A stretch of 16,371 bases of DNA from a virus, in the UHGV virus genome UHGV-0104965; one strand, given 5' to 3'. The stretch's first letter is position 1. Each line of letters starts with the position of its first letter. Below, in pieces: positions 7,097-14,536 of this stretch. A program made the position numbers and the translations under genes. The notes under the pieces were generated by a model. That model searched no databases. It was not told where the DNA came from and saw only the letters and a program-made list of their open reading frames with translations.

Positions 7097-9034
7097 TCAG
7101 GCGGCTGCACCCGCCTTTTGATTTGCACATAATTCAGGAAGATTTGCTTCTACCAGCGCACGAGCGAACGGCGGCGGTACTGCGTTACCGCAGCGCGCTA
7201 CCTGCTTGTCTTTGGCGTAACGATTGCCGCGATAGTCCTGATCGATAACGTAGCCGTCAGGGAAGCCCTGCGCCTTATAAAGCTCATGCGGTTGCAGCAT
7301 GCGCATTCCGATATCGACGATCTGGTACTTAACCCCCTCGATCGTCACCAGCCATTCATCCTCGCTATCACCGCAGTAGGTTTCGAGGAATGTCCGGACC
7401 TCGCCAACGTGCTGGCCACCAGCGGTAATCGTCGGCATAGGTGTATCCATGGTCTGACCGTCGCGGCAGGTTCCGCGCAGCTTCACCAAGTGCGACGCAA
7501 CTACCGCGTGATGATCAACAGTAGTGACAGAGTGGGCAGGCTCATCCATACCAACACCCGGCCCCGTGTAATTCCCACCATAGTGCTTTGCCAGGAACGC
7601 GCTCACCGTTGCAAACTTATTACCACCAGCAGTGACCGTGCCGAGCGGGTTATTCAGTTGAAGAACACGCGGTTCTTGCCCTAGGCGTTCGCCGTACCCC
7701 ATCTGGATCAGTGTTGGAGTTACCAGCTGCGACTTACCGCCACCACCTGCAGTAATCGTCGCGCTCGGTTCGTCAGCCCTGTGCCCAACACTAGCGCCAA
7801 ACTGGCGGGCGATGACCGGCGCAACCACGCACGCGCGGGACTGCCTGAGGATTGTATGAGCGGGTTTATCCAGCGGGCGCGGCTTTGCCTGGTACTCACT
7901 GCCGCCATTGCCAGCCAGGAACGGTGTCAGGGCGGCCTCAACTACGCCAAGCGCATGCCCATTCCCGCCCGGACGCGCCGACGTACCAGCGGTGACAGTT
8001 GGTACCGGCTCGGTCACTGGCTGCCCGGTGGCCCCGGTGCGGAATTTAGTAAGATGCGGTACCGCCAGCGCGTAGCCATGCTTTTTAGTGATGGTCTGCA
8101 ATGGCTCTAACAACGATTGCCCGCGGAAACAGTCATAACCTCCTTTCGTCGTGGTGTGGTTACACTTCACGATGAAAGGTGATGCGCTTTCGATAACAAA
8201 GCGCTGGATGCCGCGCGCGATACGTTTGAGCGTATTTTCCGCCAGCGGCTTTTTGCGGTCGAAGATGGAACGGGCCGGAATGTTCCAGTCAATGCACTCC
8301 GCCGCGGTACGCCATGGCGCCAGCTTGCCGCTTTGTACTTCCAGTGATTTTGGATCCCCATGAGTCGCTTCAGGCCAATGAATCTTGCGGCCGTCACAGC
8401 GCATGACCATGAAGAAACGCCTTCTGATCGTCGGCGCGCCGTAGTCACAAGCGCGCAGCTCACGATAATCGACCTCATAACCAAGCCCGGCGATCAGCTG
8501 TTGAGCCTGCTGGCCGTGCGGCTCAATGGCAAGAAATTCACAAACCTCAGCCAGTGCTGGGTGATTCGCCGCGATCCCCGTCGACAGCATGCCGACAAAT
8601 GCCTCGAATGTTTCACCAGCACGCTCAGGATCCGGGCGTAATTCTTCATCCAGCAGCGGGCCCCATGTCTTAAATTCTTCGACGTTCTCCAGCATCATGA
8701 CTCGGGGACGTACTGCCAGCGCCCAGCGCAGAACAATCCACGCCAGCCCGCGAATCTCTTTCTTAACTGGCTTAGCGCCCTTCGCTTTGGAAAAGTGGCG
8801 GCAGTCAGGGCTAAACCAGGCCAAGCCGACAGGTTTACCGCTGGTGGCTGCGCTTGGGTCAACGTCAAACACCGACTCGCAATAATGCAGCGTGTCAGGG
8901 TGATTCGTCTTATGCATCGCAATAGCGTTTTCGTCGTGGTTGATAGCGATATCCACGCTACGCCCGATCGCCACTTCAATGCCGGTACTCGCGCCGCCGC
9001 CACCAGCAAAGTTATCAACGATAATTTCACGCAT
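7097..9034 (-). CDS. DNA (cytosine-5)-methyltransferase with enlarged, four-module target-recognition region
   Basis: ORF 7097..9088 (GTG) trimmed to ATG at 9034 (MREIIVDNFAGGGGASTG, motif I). Motif IV region SPDCRHFS, motif VI ENV, motif VIII RRR, C-terminal motifs IX (QGFPDGY) and X (CGNAVPPP). Between VIII and IX are four degenerate repeats of P-x-x-T-[VI]-T-A-G-G ... [FT]-L. Confidence 0.9.
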   Translation of the reverse strand: MREIIVDNFAGGGGASTGIEVAIGRSVDIAINHDENAIAMHKTNHPDTLHYCESVFDVDPSAATSGKPVGLAWFSPDCRHFSKAKGAKPVKKEIRGLAWIVLRWALAVRPRVMMLENVEEFKTWGPLLDEELRPDPERAGETFEAFVGMLSTGIAANHPALAEVCEFLAIEPHGQQAQQLIAGLGYEVDYRELRACDYGAPTIRRRFFMVMRCDGRKIHWPEATHGDPKSLEVQSGKLAPWRTAAECIDWNIPARSIFDRKKPLAENTLKRIARGIQRFVIESASPFIVKCNHTTTKGGYDCFRGQSLLEPLQTITKKHGYALAVPHLTKFRTGATGQPVTEPVPTVTAGTSARPGGNGHALGVVEAALTPFLAGNGGSEYQAKPRPLDKPAHTILRQSRACVVAPVIARQFGASVGHRADEPSATITAGGGGKSQLVTPTLIQMGYGERLGQEPRVLQLNNPLGTVTAGGNKFATVSAFLAKHYGGNYTGPGVGMDEPAHSVTTVDHHAVVASHLVKLRGTCRDGQTMDTPMPTITAGGQHVGEVRTFLETYCGDSEDEWLVTIEGVKYQIVDIGMRMLQPHELYKAQGFPDGYVIDQDYRGNRYAKDKQVARCGNAVPPPFARALVEANLPELCANQKAGAAA

Positions 9035-9926
9035 TGACGGCCCCCTGCATGCTGTTGAAGAGACCACCAGCGGTCGTGATAATTTCACTCATCGGCATAC
9101 GTTCGAGCCACAGCTGGTTGATATTGGCTTTCAGCTTGTTCTGCTGTGAAACAGGTAGAGCGTCAGCCCCTTCAATCTGGTTAAACACCAGGCCAACCTC
9201 AAGAGGCCAGATGCGCGACTCTGCATCAGGCGTTGCAATGGGAGCAGGCATTACATTTTCCGGCACCGACGGAAGGGCCAATTTTGCCGCGGCGAATTGA
9301 GCCAATGACAATGCGGCACGCCCTTTTTCTTCCAGTTCGGTGCGATTGATATAGCTGAATCTTTCACCACGCCAGGTTTTGTCAAAGACAGCGATTGCCC
9401 CGGCAAAAAATGCGCTGGTGGGTTGCTGCTTCTCGTCAGCGGGAACAAACCAAACAGGAAGATCGAACCCAATACGACCACGAATAAACATGATGTGATC
9501 GGCATCCTCCGGCCACCATGTTTCACTTGTGGCTGACTTCACGAGGTATATGTAACGACCACCTTGATCACGCATCGCCATTGTGTGATTCATGATGTGG
9601 GTCATGCCAGTGATGGCCTGCTTTTCATGGTACTGAGAACGGCTATATGGCGGATTTGCAAACGCGGCGCCACCGAGTTCTGCCAGACGCTCTGACCAGT
9701 CCTGCGTCAGCGCGTTATCTTCGGCGGTATACCATGCAGGGCATTTAGCATTGCTATCGTCTGCAAACAGATCCAGAACCATCGGCCCAAATATCGAATT
9801 GATGCCCCAAAACAACAAATCCGGAGTGCGCCACTGATCGCCAACCTCTTTCAATTCATGCGCTGGCTTTGAGCGCAGTTCAGCCAGCGCGCGGCAATAT
9901 TTGTTATCAGCATTCATGCTCATCAT
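9027..9926 (-). CDS. Phage DNA N6-adenine methyltransferase (phage Dam family) with about 100-aa C-terminal extension
   Basis: WRTPDLLFWGINSIFGPMVLDLFADDSNAKC...AFANPPYS: the W-x-T-P ... D-x-x-A ... NPPY pattern of the phage Dam family. ATG overlaps stop of the O-like gene (ATGA at 9923-9926). Confidence 0.9.
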   Translation of the reverse strand: MMSMNADNKYCRALAELRSKPAHELKEVGDQWRTPDLLFWGINSIFGPMVLDLFADDSNAKCPAWYTAEDNALTQDWSERLAELGGAAFANPPYSRSQYHEKQAITGMTHIMNHTMAMRDQGGRYIYLVKSATSETWWPEDADHIMFIRGRIGFDLPVWFVPADEKQQPTSAFFAGAIAVFDKTWRGERFSYINRTELEEKGRAALSLAQFAAAKLALPSVPENVMPAPIATPDAESRIWPLEVGLVFNQIEGADALPVSQQNKLKANINQLWLERMPMSEIITTAGGLFNSMQGAVNA

Positions 9927-10786
9927 TTCGCTCCCCTGAAGCCAGCTGGAATGGCTTTATCTGGTCCACCAAATTTCATCGGATCATGCTTACGGATTGA
10001 GCCCCAATACTGTCGTTCTGGACGTCCTGCTGCGTTCCACTTATTTGCGGATTGCAGGTAGCCTGGGAATTTTGTTGGCAGAAACAGCGTTGTTGGGCGC
10101 AGATATTCGGCCATTTTCAGATCCTCGCCCCACTTCTCGACGCTGTAATCCACCACCAACAGCAGCTCATCGGGCGTAAACCCGTCAGCCAAGCGAGCCC
10201 GGATGTTTTCCAAGGATGATTTGCAGACCTGATACCGTGATCCGGTGGTCTTGTTCAGATGTGATAAAACCTGCTTCGCCTGATCGGTGATAACCACCAC
10301 AGGGTCGGGTTGCGCAGCAACCGGACAAGAATGTTTTTTATCTGATGGATCAGTAGTTGTATTTACTGACGGATCCCCCCCAGATTCTGACTGGTGAAAA
10401 CCGCCTTTTTCATCGTTTTTTGATGCCTCAGATTTTGACGCGTCGGTTTTTGAGGCATCAGATTTTGATGCGTCAGAATCTGACAGGTGAGAAAAGGCAG
10501 CAGCCTGTAATTTCGCAACATTGAGCTGGTAAACGTTCGATGCATTGCGGTTGCCTTTACGGCGCTGCTGGCGGGTTAACCACCCGTCTTTTTCCAGTTG
10601 AGATATGGCTGTGCGAACCGTGCTCTCACCGGCACCAATCTGGCGCGCGATGGTAGCGATGGAAGGCCAGCTAACCCCTTCATCACTGCTGAAGTCTGCC
10701 AGACGCGCCATGATGGCAACGCTGGACAGCTTCATGCCAGAAGCGGCACAAGCGTCCCAAACGTAACCCGTTAATTTAGTGCTCAT
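9923..10786 (-). CDS. Replication initiator (lambda O-like function): N-terminal winged-HTH, repetitive linker, conserved phage C-terminal domain
   Basis: N-terminal HTH ...WPSIATIARQIGAGESTVRTAISQLEKDGWL; central low-complexity repeats SDSDASKSDASKTDASKSEASKND encoded by iteron-like DNA repeats; C-terminal domain ...VLSHLNKTTGSRYQ...ENIRARLADGFTPDELLLVVDYSVEKW typical of phage replication proteins. ATG at 10786. Confidence 0.85.
   Translation of the reverse strand: MSTKLTGYVWDACAASGMKLSSVAIMARLADFSSDEGVSWPSIATIARQIGAGESTVRTAISQLEKDGWLTRQQRRKGNRNASNVYQLNVAKLQAAAFSHLSDSDASKSDASKTDASKSEASKNDEKGGFHQSESGGDPSVNTTTDPSDKKHSCPVAAQPDPVVVITDQAKQVLSHLNKTTGSRYQVCKSSLENIRARLADGFTPDELLLVVDYSVEKWGEDLKMAEYLRPTTLFLPTKFPGYLQSANKWNAAGRPERQYWGSIRKHDPMKFGGPDKAIPAGFRGAK
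10325..10484. repeat. Candidate origin of replication: four iteron-like repeats plus adjacent AT-rich tract inside the initiator gene
   Basis: CAGATTCTGAC (10381), CAGATTTTGAC (10429), CAGATTTTGAT (10459), CAGAATCTGAC (10474); 23-bp direct repeats GATGCCTCAGATTTTGACGCGTC / GAGGCATCAGATTTTGATGCGTC 30 bp apart; AT-rich segment 10325-10375. Same layout as lambda ori within gene O. Confidence 0.55.
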
Positions 10787-10955
10787 GGTCGTCCTTTAAC
10801 TCTGTAAACTTGCGCTTGAATTGTTCGAGCGGGCTGAAACATTCGTGGTTATAACCATCCCGCAGGTAGATAACTCGTTGAGTCTCTGGCTCCCACCGGA
10901 TAACCCGAACGGGGATCCCTCTGCGGTCTTTGAACCTTCGGTTAACTTCGCGCAT
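10776..10955 (-). CDS. Small hypothetical protein (59 aa), unlisted, translationally coupled to the initiator gene
   Basis: Hand translation codon by codon: MREVNRRFKDRRGIPVRVIRWEPETQRVIYLRDGYNHECFSPLEQFKRKFTELKDDHEH. ATG at 10955 with AGGAAGG about 10 nt upstream; stop TAA (10776-10778) overlaps the initiator start by 11 nt. Preferred over the composition-poor 126-aa ORF 10796..11176 in another frame. Confidence 0.5.
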   Translation of the reverse strand: MREVNRRFKDRRGIPVRVIRWEPETQRVIYLRDGYNHECFSPLEQFKRKFTELKDDHEH

Positions 10956-11127
10956 AAGCGTTTCGCCTTCCTGTAGTAAACCCCCACAATTGCGACCGCC
11001 CGACTGTGGTTACATGGCACCCAGCGGTTTGCTATTCTGCGTTCATACCGAAACAACGGAGCGCCCGGTACCGGGATCATCCTGAGTTGCGGCAAACGGT
11101 TAAAAGCCGTTAAACTGGTCATGCGGA

Positions 11128-11733
11128 TTACTTCTCCATACAAGATTTGTCTGCCACGACGCCCGGAGCTGCACACTCGCGGGCGTCACTCTTTTCCGGC
11201 GCACAAAACACACGGAAAAGCAGCGTCAAATGTTCCTGCCACTTAGCCATCACCTGATAGCTGTTCTCTTCGATCTGGGTGCGTTCCTGAGCATCAATAA
11301 CGCCGTCAGCGGTAGCTTTACGAACGTATTGTGAATGCCTGCCGATCCACTCAACTGACTCCATGAGACGCTGGTTGATATCGCCGTTCTCAATCTCTTC
11401 AACATCAGCCAATGGCACAAAAACACCGTTCGAGTGACGTGCAATAGCGTTCGCTATGTGGTTTGAACCACCAGCACGTTGAAGCACCATCGCCCAACCG
11501 AGCGGGAAGATCTGATCGCCATCGGTACGCAGCCGGTTAAACAGCGCGTTCTCGGTCACACCCAACCACTCAGCAGCTTCTGAATATCCGCCAGGCAGCT
11601 CGGTGATCGTTTTTTTGATTGCGGCCACCAGCCAGGCTGGCTGCTTATCTACTTTCCATTCAGGTTCTATACCCACGGCTAGGTCCTCCCTTCTGTGGTT
11701 ATTTCTGATCGTTAGGCGATGTATTCTTGCCAT
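11128..11733 (-). CDS. CII-like lysogeny-establishment regulator (phage 186 CII / YdaT-like family)
   Basis: Position immediately downstream of cro-like gene; HTH-like segment YSEAAEWLGVTENALFNRLRTDGDQIFPLGWAMVL resembles the phage 186 CII pattern. ORF 11128..11760 begins with GTG; first ATG at 11733. Start uncertain (no clear SD); overlaps cro-like gene end. Confidence 0.6.
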   Translation of the reverse strand: MARIHRLTIRNNHRREDLAVGIEPEWKVDKQPAWLVAAIKKTITELPGGYSEAAEWLGVTENALFNRLRTDGDQIFPLGWAMVLQRAGGSNHIANAIARHSNGVFVPLADVEEIENGDINQRLMESVEWIGRHSQYVRKATADGVIDAQERTQIEENSYQVMAKWQEHLTLLFRVFCAPEKSDARECAAPGVVADKSCMEK

Positions 11734-11914
11734 AACGTTCTGGGTTGAATTCCAGTTCACCAGCAGTTCGATACGCAGCTTCAGCAGCTCGTCCTTTAGG
11801 GATTAAGCGTCCGGGGCGATTACGCCACTGGTAAACGGCCTCACTGGTGATGCCAAAAAATTCGGCAACTTTCTCAGTGCTGCCGAAATGTTGTTCAATC
11901 TCGTCGGTTGTCAT
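11699..11914 (-). CDS. Cro-like repressor (YdaS/Cro-type HTH)
   Basis: 71 aa with HTH STEKVAEFFGITSEAVYQWRNRPGRLIP; strong AGGAGG SD (11919-11924) before ATG at 11914; divergent from the CI-type repressor across an operator-rich region. Confidence 0.8.
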   Translation of the reverse strand: MTTDEIEQHFGSTEKVAEFFGITSEAVYQWRNRPGRLIPKGRAAEAAYRTAGELEFNPERYGKNTSPNDQK

Positions 11915-11927
11915 GAAGCCTCCTTAG

Positions 11928-11991
11928 CTAAGTTTGGTTAGATATTAATAACCAATCTAACTTTGGTCAATAAAAACTAAGATTACTTAGT
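11928..11991. promoter_or_regulatory. Right operator region with PR and three CTAAG-type repressor binding sites
   Basis: Sites CTAAGTTTGGTTAG (11928-11941), CTAACTTTGGTCA (11957-11969), ACTAAGATTACTTAGT (11976-11991). On the minus strand TTGACC (-35; plus 11965-11970), 17 bp, TAATAT (-10; plus 11942-11947) forms PR for cro; the CI-type repressor gene starts at 12014. Confidence 0.6.
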
Positions 11992-12013
11992 CTTTTTTAA
12001 ATTTGGTGCTTTC

Positions 12014-12640
12014 ATGGAAACGGTTGGTCAGCGCATTAAAGCCCTACGCAGGGTTACAAAAACCTCTCAAAAAGAACTGGGTAAGTTCTGCGGGGTTAGT
12101 GACGTAGCGGTGGGTTATTGGGAAAAGGATGTGAATATCCCTAACGGAGAATCGCTGGTTAAGCTGGCTAAATTCTTCAATACATCAATAAATTACATTC
12201 TTTACGGCACTGAATTTGAAGGTACCCTCATAACTAAAATGAGGCGTGTGCCCGTGATTTCCTGGGTTCAAGCTGGGCAGTTTACGGAATGTAAGGCCGC
12301 TGATTTATTCAGTGATGTTGATAAATGGGTTGAAACATCACTACGCATTGGGGATAGCTCGTTCGCTTTAGAGGTCAAAGGGGATTCAATGACCAATCCA
12401 AATGGCCTCCCAACAATCCCTGAAGGGGCAACCGTTATTGTTGATCCAGATGCCGAACCCCTTCATGGCAAGATTGTTGTTGCGCGTATTGATGGCACTA
12501 ACGAAGCGACTGTTAAAAAACTGGTCATTGATGGCCCACAAAAATTTTTAGTCCCACTAAATCCTCGCTACCCCAACCTCCCGATCAATGGTAACTGCCT
12601 CATTATTGGCGTAGTTAAAGGCGTTCAGTACGAACTCTAA
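12014..12640 (+). CDS. CI-type prophage repressor (N-terminal XRE HTH, C-terminal S24 LexA-like peptidase)
   Basis: HTH QKELGKFCGVSDVAVGYWEKDVNIPNGESLVKLAKFF; C-terminal autocleavage domain with Ser in GDSM and Lys in VKKLV; divergent from cro-like gene. Confidence 0.95.
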   Translation: METVGQRIKALRRVTKTSQKELGKFCGVSDVAVGYWEKDVNIPNGESLVKLAKFFNTSINYILYGTEFEGTLITKMRRVPVISWVQAGQFTECKAADLFSDVDKWVETSLRIGDSSFALEVKGDSMTNPNGLPTIPEGATVIVDPDAEPLHGKIVVARIDGTNEATVKKLVIDGPQKFLVPLNPRYPNLPINGNCLIIGVVKGVQYEL

Positions 12641-12670
12641 TCCCTTCCCGCTCTTCCTCTAAGCATCAAG

Positions 12671-12723
12671 CTAAGTTTAGTTTGATGTTTTCACTTGACC
12701 AATAAACTAAGTTAAGTTAGATT
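12671..12723 (+). promoter_or_regulatory. Left operator region with PL-like promoter
   Basis: Operator-like sites CTAAGTTTAGTTT (12671-12683) and CTAAGTTAAGTTAG (12707-12720) related to the OR sites; TTGACC (12695-12700), 17 bp, TAGATT (12718-12723) directed rightward into the early-left operon. Confidence 0.55.
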
Positions 12724-13076
12724 TTTTTCTGTCGACACCAAACCACCGCGCCTGATGTGGTTAAAAGCAGGCCAAAGCAATAAGACGTGATCCCTGTTCT
12801 GGCTGCTCACTTTCCCCTTGAGGGTGACAGCCAGCTTTTTAAGGGCACAACGTGAAAGCGCACTCCTTCTCTCTTTCACTGCGGGGGCAGGTTTGTTACC
12901 GAAAGAGTGCGCTTCCAGTTGTGGTAATGCGGCTCTGCGCACGTGACGAGGCCAACAAGTTTTTATTTCAACTTTTGAAATGAATACGTTTCTTGAGGTG
13001 TAGCGTCGCCGGTTCTGGCCGGTCCGGCAGGTGGAGGCACCACCGCCACAACAAAATCATTGCTGTGTGTAGTCTT

Positions 13077-13105
13077 TGCCCATCACATCGGTGGGCACCT
13101 TTTTT
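13077..13105 (+). terminator. Candidate intrinsic terminator in the PL leader
   Basis: TGCCCA(13077-13082)-9 nt loop-TGGGCA(13092-13097) followed by CC and TTTTTT (13100-13105). Moderate stem; lies about 380 nt downstream of PL and about 165 nt upstream of the first clear early-left gene. Confidence 0.4.
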
Positions 13106-13268
13106 ACACAAGAGACAAGGGCATCACCGGGCGACGGGCTCATTCCCCAATCCACCCGGGCGCTATGGAAATGGACCTCCTACCCATAGCCGAAGCGCAG
13201 GTGCCCTTTTCTGTTGTGTATGGAGAAGTTCCACTGGCGGTGGCAGCCGCCTCACAGAGGGTTAAACC

Positions 13269-13640
13269 ATGAGTAGTGACCGCATGACCGTAGTGCCCGA
13301 TTTCCTGGGCGAACTGGATGCCGGCGTGTTCATGAACAAGATCGCGGCAGCTTTAAACACTACCGCGCTTGGCGTTCTGAATAACGGTACCAAAGGCAAA
13401 GTAGTCCTTACCTTTGATATTGAGCGTATGGGTAACTCCGTCGAAGAGAAGCGCGTCAAGATCAAGCACAAGCTGAACTACGTCACCCCAACCCCGCGCG
13501 GTAAAGCCTCCGAAGAAGACACCACCGAAACACCAATGTGGGTTAACAAAGGCGGCAAGCTGACCATCCTGCAGGAAGATCAGGGGCAGCTGTTCGGGAT
13601 CAACGGCGGCGTTGACGGAAAGCTTAAAGCGGCACAGTGA
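13269..13640 (+). CDS. Hypothetical early-left protein (123 aa)
   Basis: ATG at 13269 with GAGGG SD 8 nt upstream; protein-like composition; first convincing gene downstream of PL. No family recognised. Confidence 0.8.
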   Translation: MSSDRMTVVPDFLGELDAGVFMNKIAAALNTTALGVLNNGTKGKVVLTFDIERMGNSVEEKRVKIKHKLNYVTPTPRGKASEEDTTETPMWVNKGGKLTILQEDQGQLFGINGGVDGKLKAAQ

Positions 13641-13693
13641 TCCGCAGCAGACAAATCACTGATATCCCTTTGACCAAATATTAAGGAAATTTT

Positions 13694-14524
13694 ATGTCCC
13701 AGATTTTAGACGGTAATGCCCTGCAGCAGGTGAAAGACCTGGTTCTTTCCGGTTACCACCTGGATGCAGCAAAAGTTACGGCATGCCCGACTGCCCTGCT
13801 TCCTGAAGGGGTTCACGTAGAAAGCCTCGAGCGTTTCGAGCTGGAGCGTTTTCGCTTCCGTGGCGCCATGACCACAACCAGTATTCCTGACTTTGTGCGT
13901 TATGCAGCTGGCTATGCCAACGAAGCTGAACCAGCGCGATGCTTTATCGATGCTGACAACATGACCGCACGCTCCGTGTTCAATATCGGTACTCTGGCTA
14001 ACCCTGGCCATGCTGATAACGTCGCATCTATCACTCTCAAAAAGACAGCGCCATTCCGAGCCCTACTTCAGGTAAATGGCGATCGACTGAGCCAGAAGGA
14101 AATTGCTGAATGGCTGGAGGACTGGGCCGACTTCCTGAGCGCATTTGATGCCGACGGGAATGTGTTGTCCATCGCGCAGGCAGCTGGTGCCGTTCGTCGC
14201 GTCAATATCAAACAAGTCTCGGAAGCAGCTCATGAAGACGAAGATTTTGGCGGCAGAAAGTCCCTGATGCAGAGCGTTGAAGCCAGCAGTAAAGACGTGA
14301 TGCCTGTCGCCTTCGAATTCAAATGCCTGCCATATGAAGGCCTGGGCGAACGCCGCTTTAGCCTGCGTAACAGCCTGCTTAAAAGCGGGGAACCGGTGTT
14401 TGTACTCCGCATCGTTCAACTGGAAGCCCAGGAAGAAGCTATCGCCAACGAGTTCCGTGACCTGCTGATCGAGAAGTTCACCGACAAGTCGGTTGAAACC
14501 TTTATCGGTAACTTTAAAGCGTAA
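13694..14524 (+). CDS. YfdQ-like phage protein (DUF2303-type, by recollection)
   Basis: 276 aa, AAGGAA SD before ATG; size and gene order (followed by an HD-domain protein) match the yfdQ-yfdR pair of E. coli CPS-53 as I recall it; not verified by search. Confidence 0.9.
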   Translation: MSQILDGNALQQVKDLVLSGYHLDAAKVTACPTALLPEGVHVESLERFELERFRFRGAMTTTSIPDFVRYAAGYANEAEPARCFIDADNMTARSVFNIGTLANPGHADNVASITLKKTAPFRALLQVNGDRLSQKEIAEWLEDWADFLSAFDADGNVLSIAQAAGAVRRVNIKQVSEAAHEDEDFGGRKSLMQSVEASSKDVMPVAFEFKCLPYEGLGERRFSLRNSLLKSGEPVFVLRIVQLEAQEEAIANEFRDLLIEKFTDKSVETFIGNFKA

Positions 14525-14536
14525 TTTCTCTGCATT

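Noticed and set aside
6499-9526. Multiple alternative-frame ORFs (6499..6909, 6780..6962, 6929..7132, 7286..7684, 7720..7908, 7781..8110, 8151..8363, 8167..8484, 8360..8641, 8589..8885, 8695..9030, 8795..9037, 8940..9149, 9034..9300, 9251..9526)
   Set aside because: Embedded in the antirepressor, C5-methyltransferase and Dam genes, which carry recognisable motifs in their own frames; these are the usual long spurious frames of GC-rich coding sequence.
9997-10545. ORFs 9997..10179 (+) and 10363..10545 (-)
   Set aside because: Embedded in the replication initiator gene; the second is the alternative-frame reading of the iteron repeats.
10796-11176. 126-aa ORF 10796..11176 (-)
   Set aside because: Low-complexity Arg/Ser/Gly-rich product; overlaps the end of the CII-like gene; a different-frame 59-aa ORF with SD and coupling to the initiator explains the interval better. 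Not excluded with certainty.
11250-11806. ORFs 11250..11444 (-) and 11603..11806 (+)
   Set aside because: Alternative-frame or antisense readings within the CII-like and Cro-like genes.
12712-13265. ORFs 12712..12942 (-) and 12993..13265 (+), considered as a possible N-like antiterminator
   Set aside because: Both begin with TTG and lack an SD; products are Arg/Gly/His-rich without a coherent fold signature; the minus-strand ORF would be transcribed into PL. The Arg-richness comes from GC-rich palindromic DNA rather than a true arginine-rich motif.
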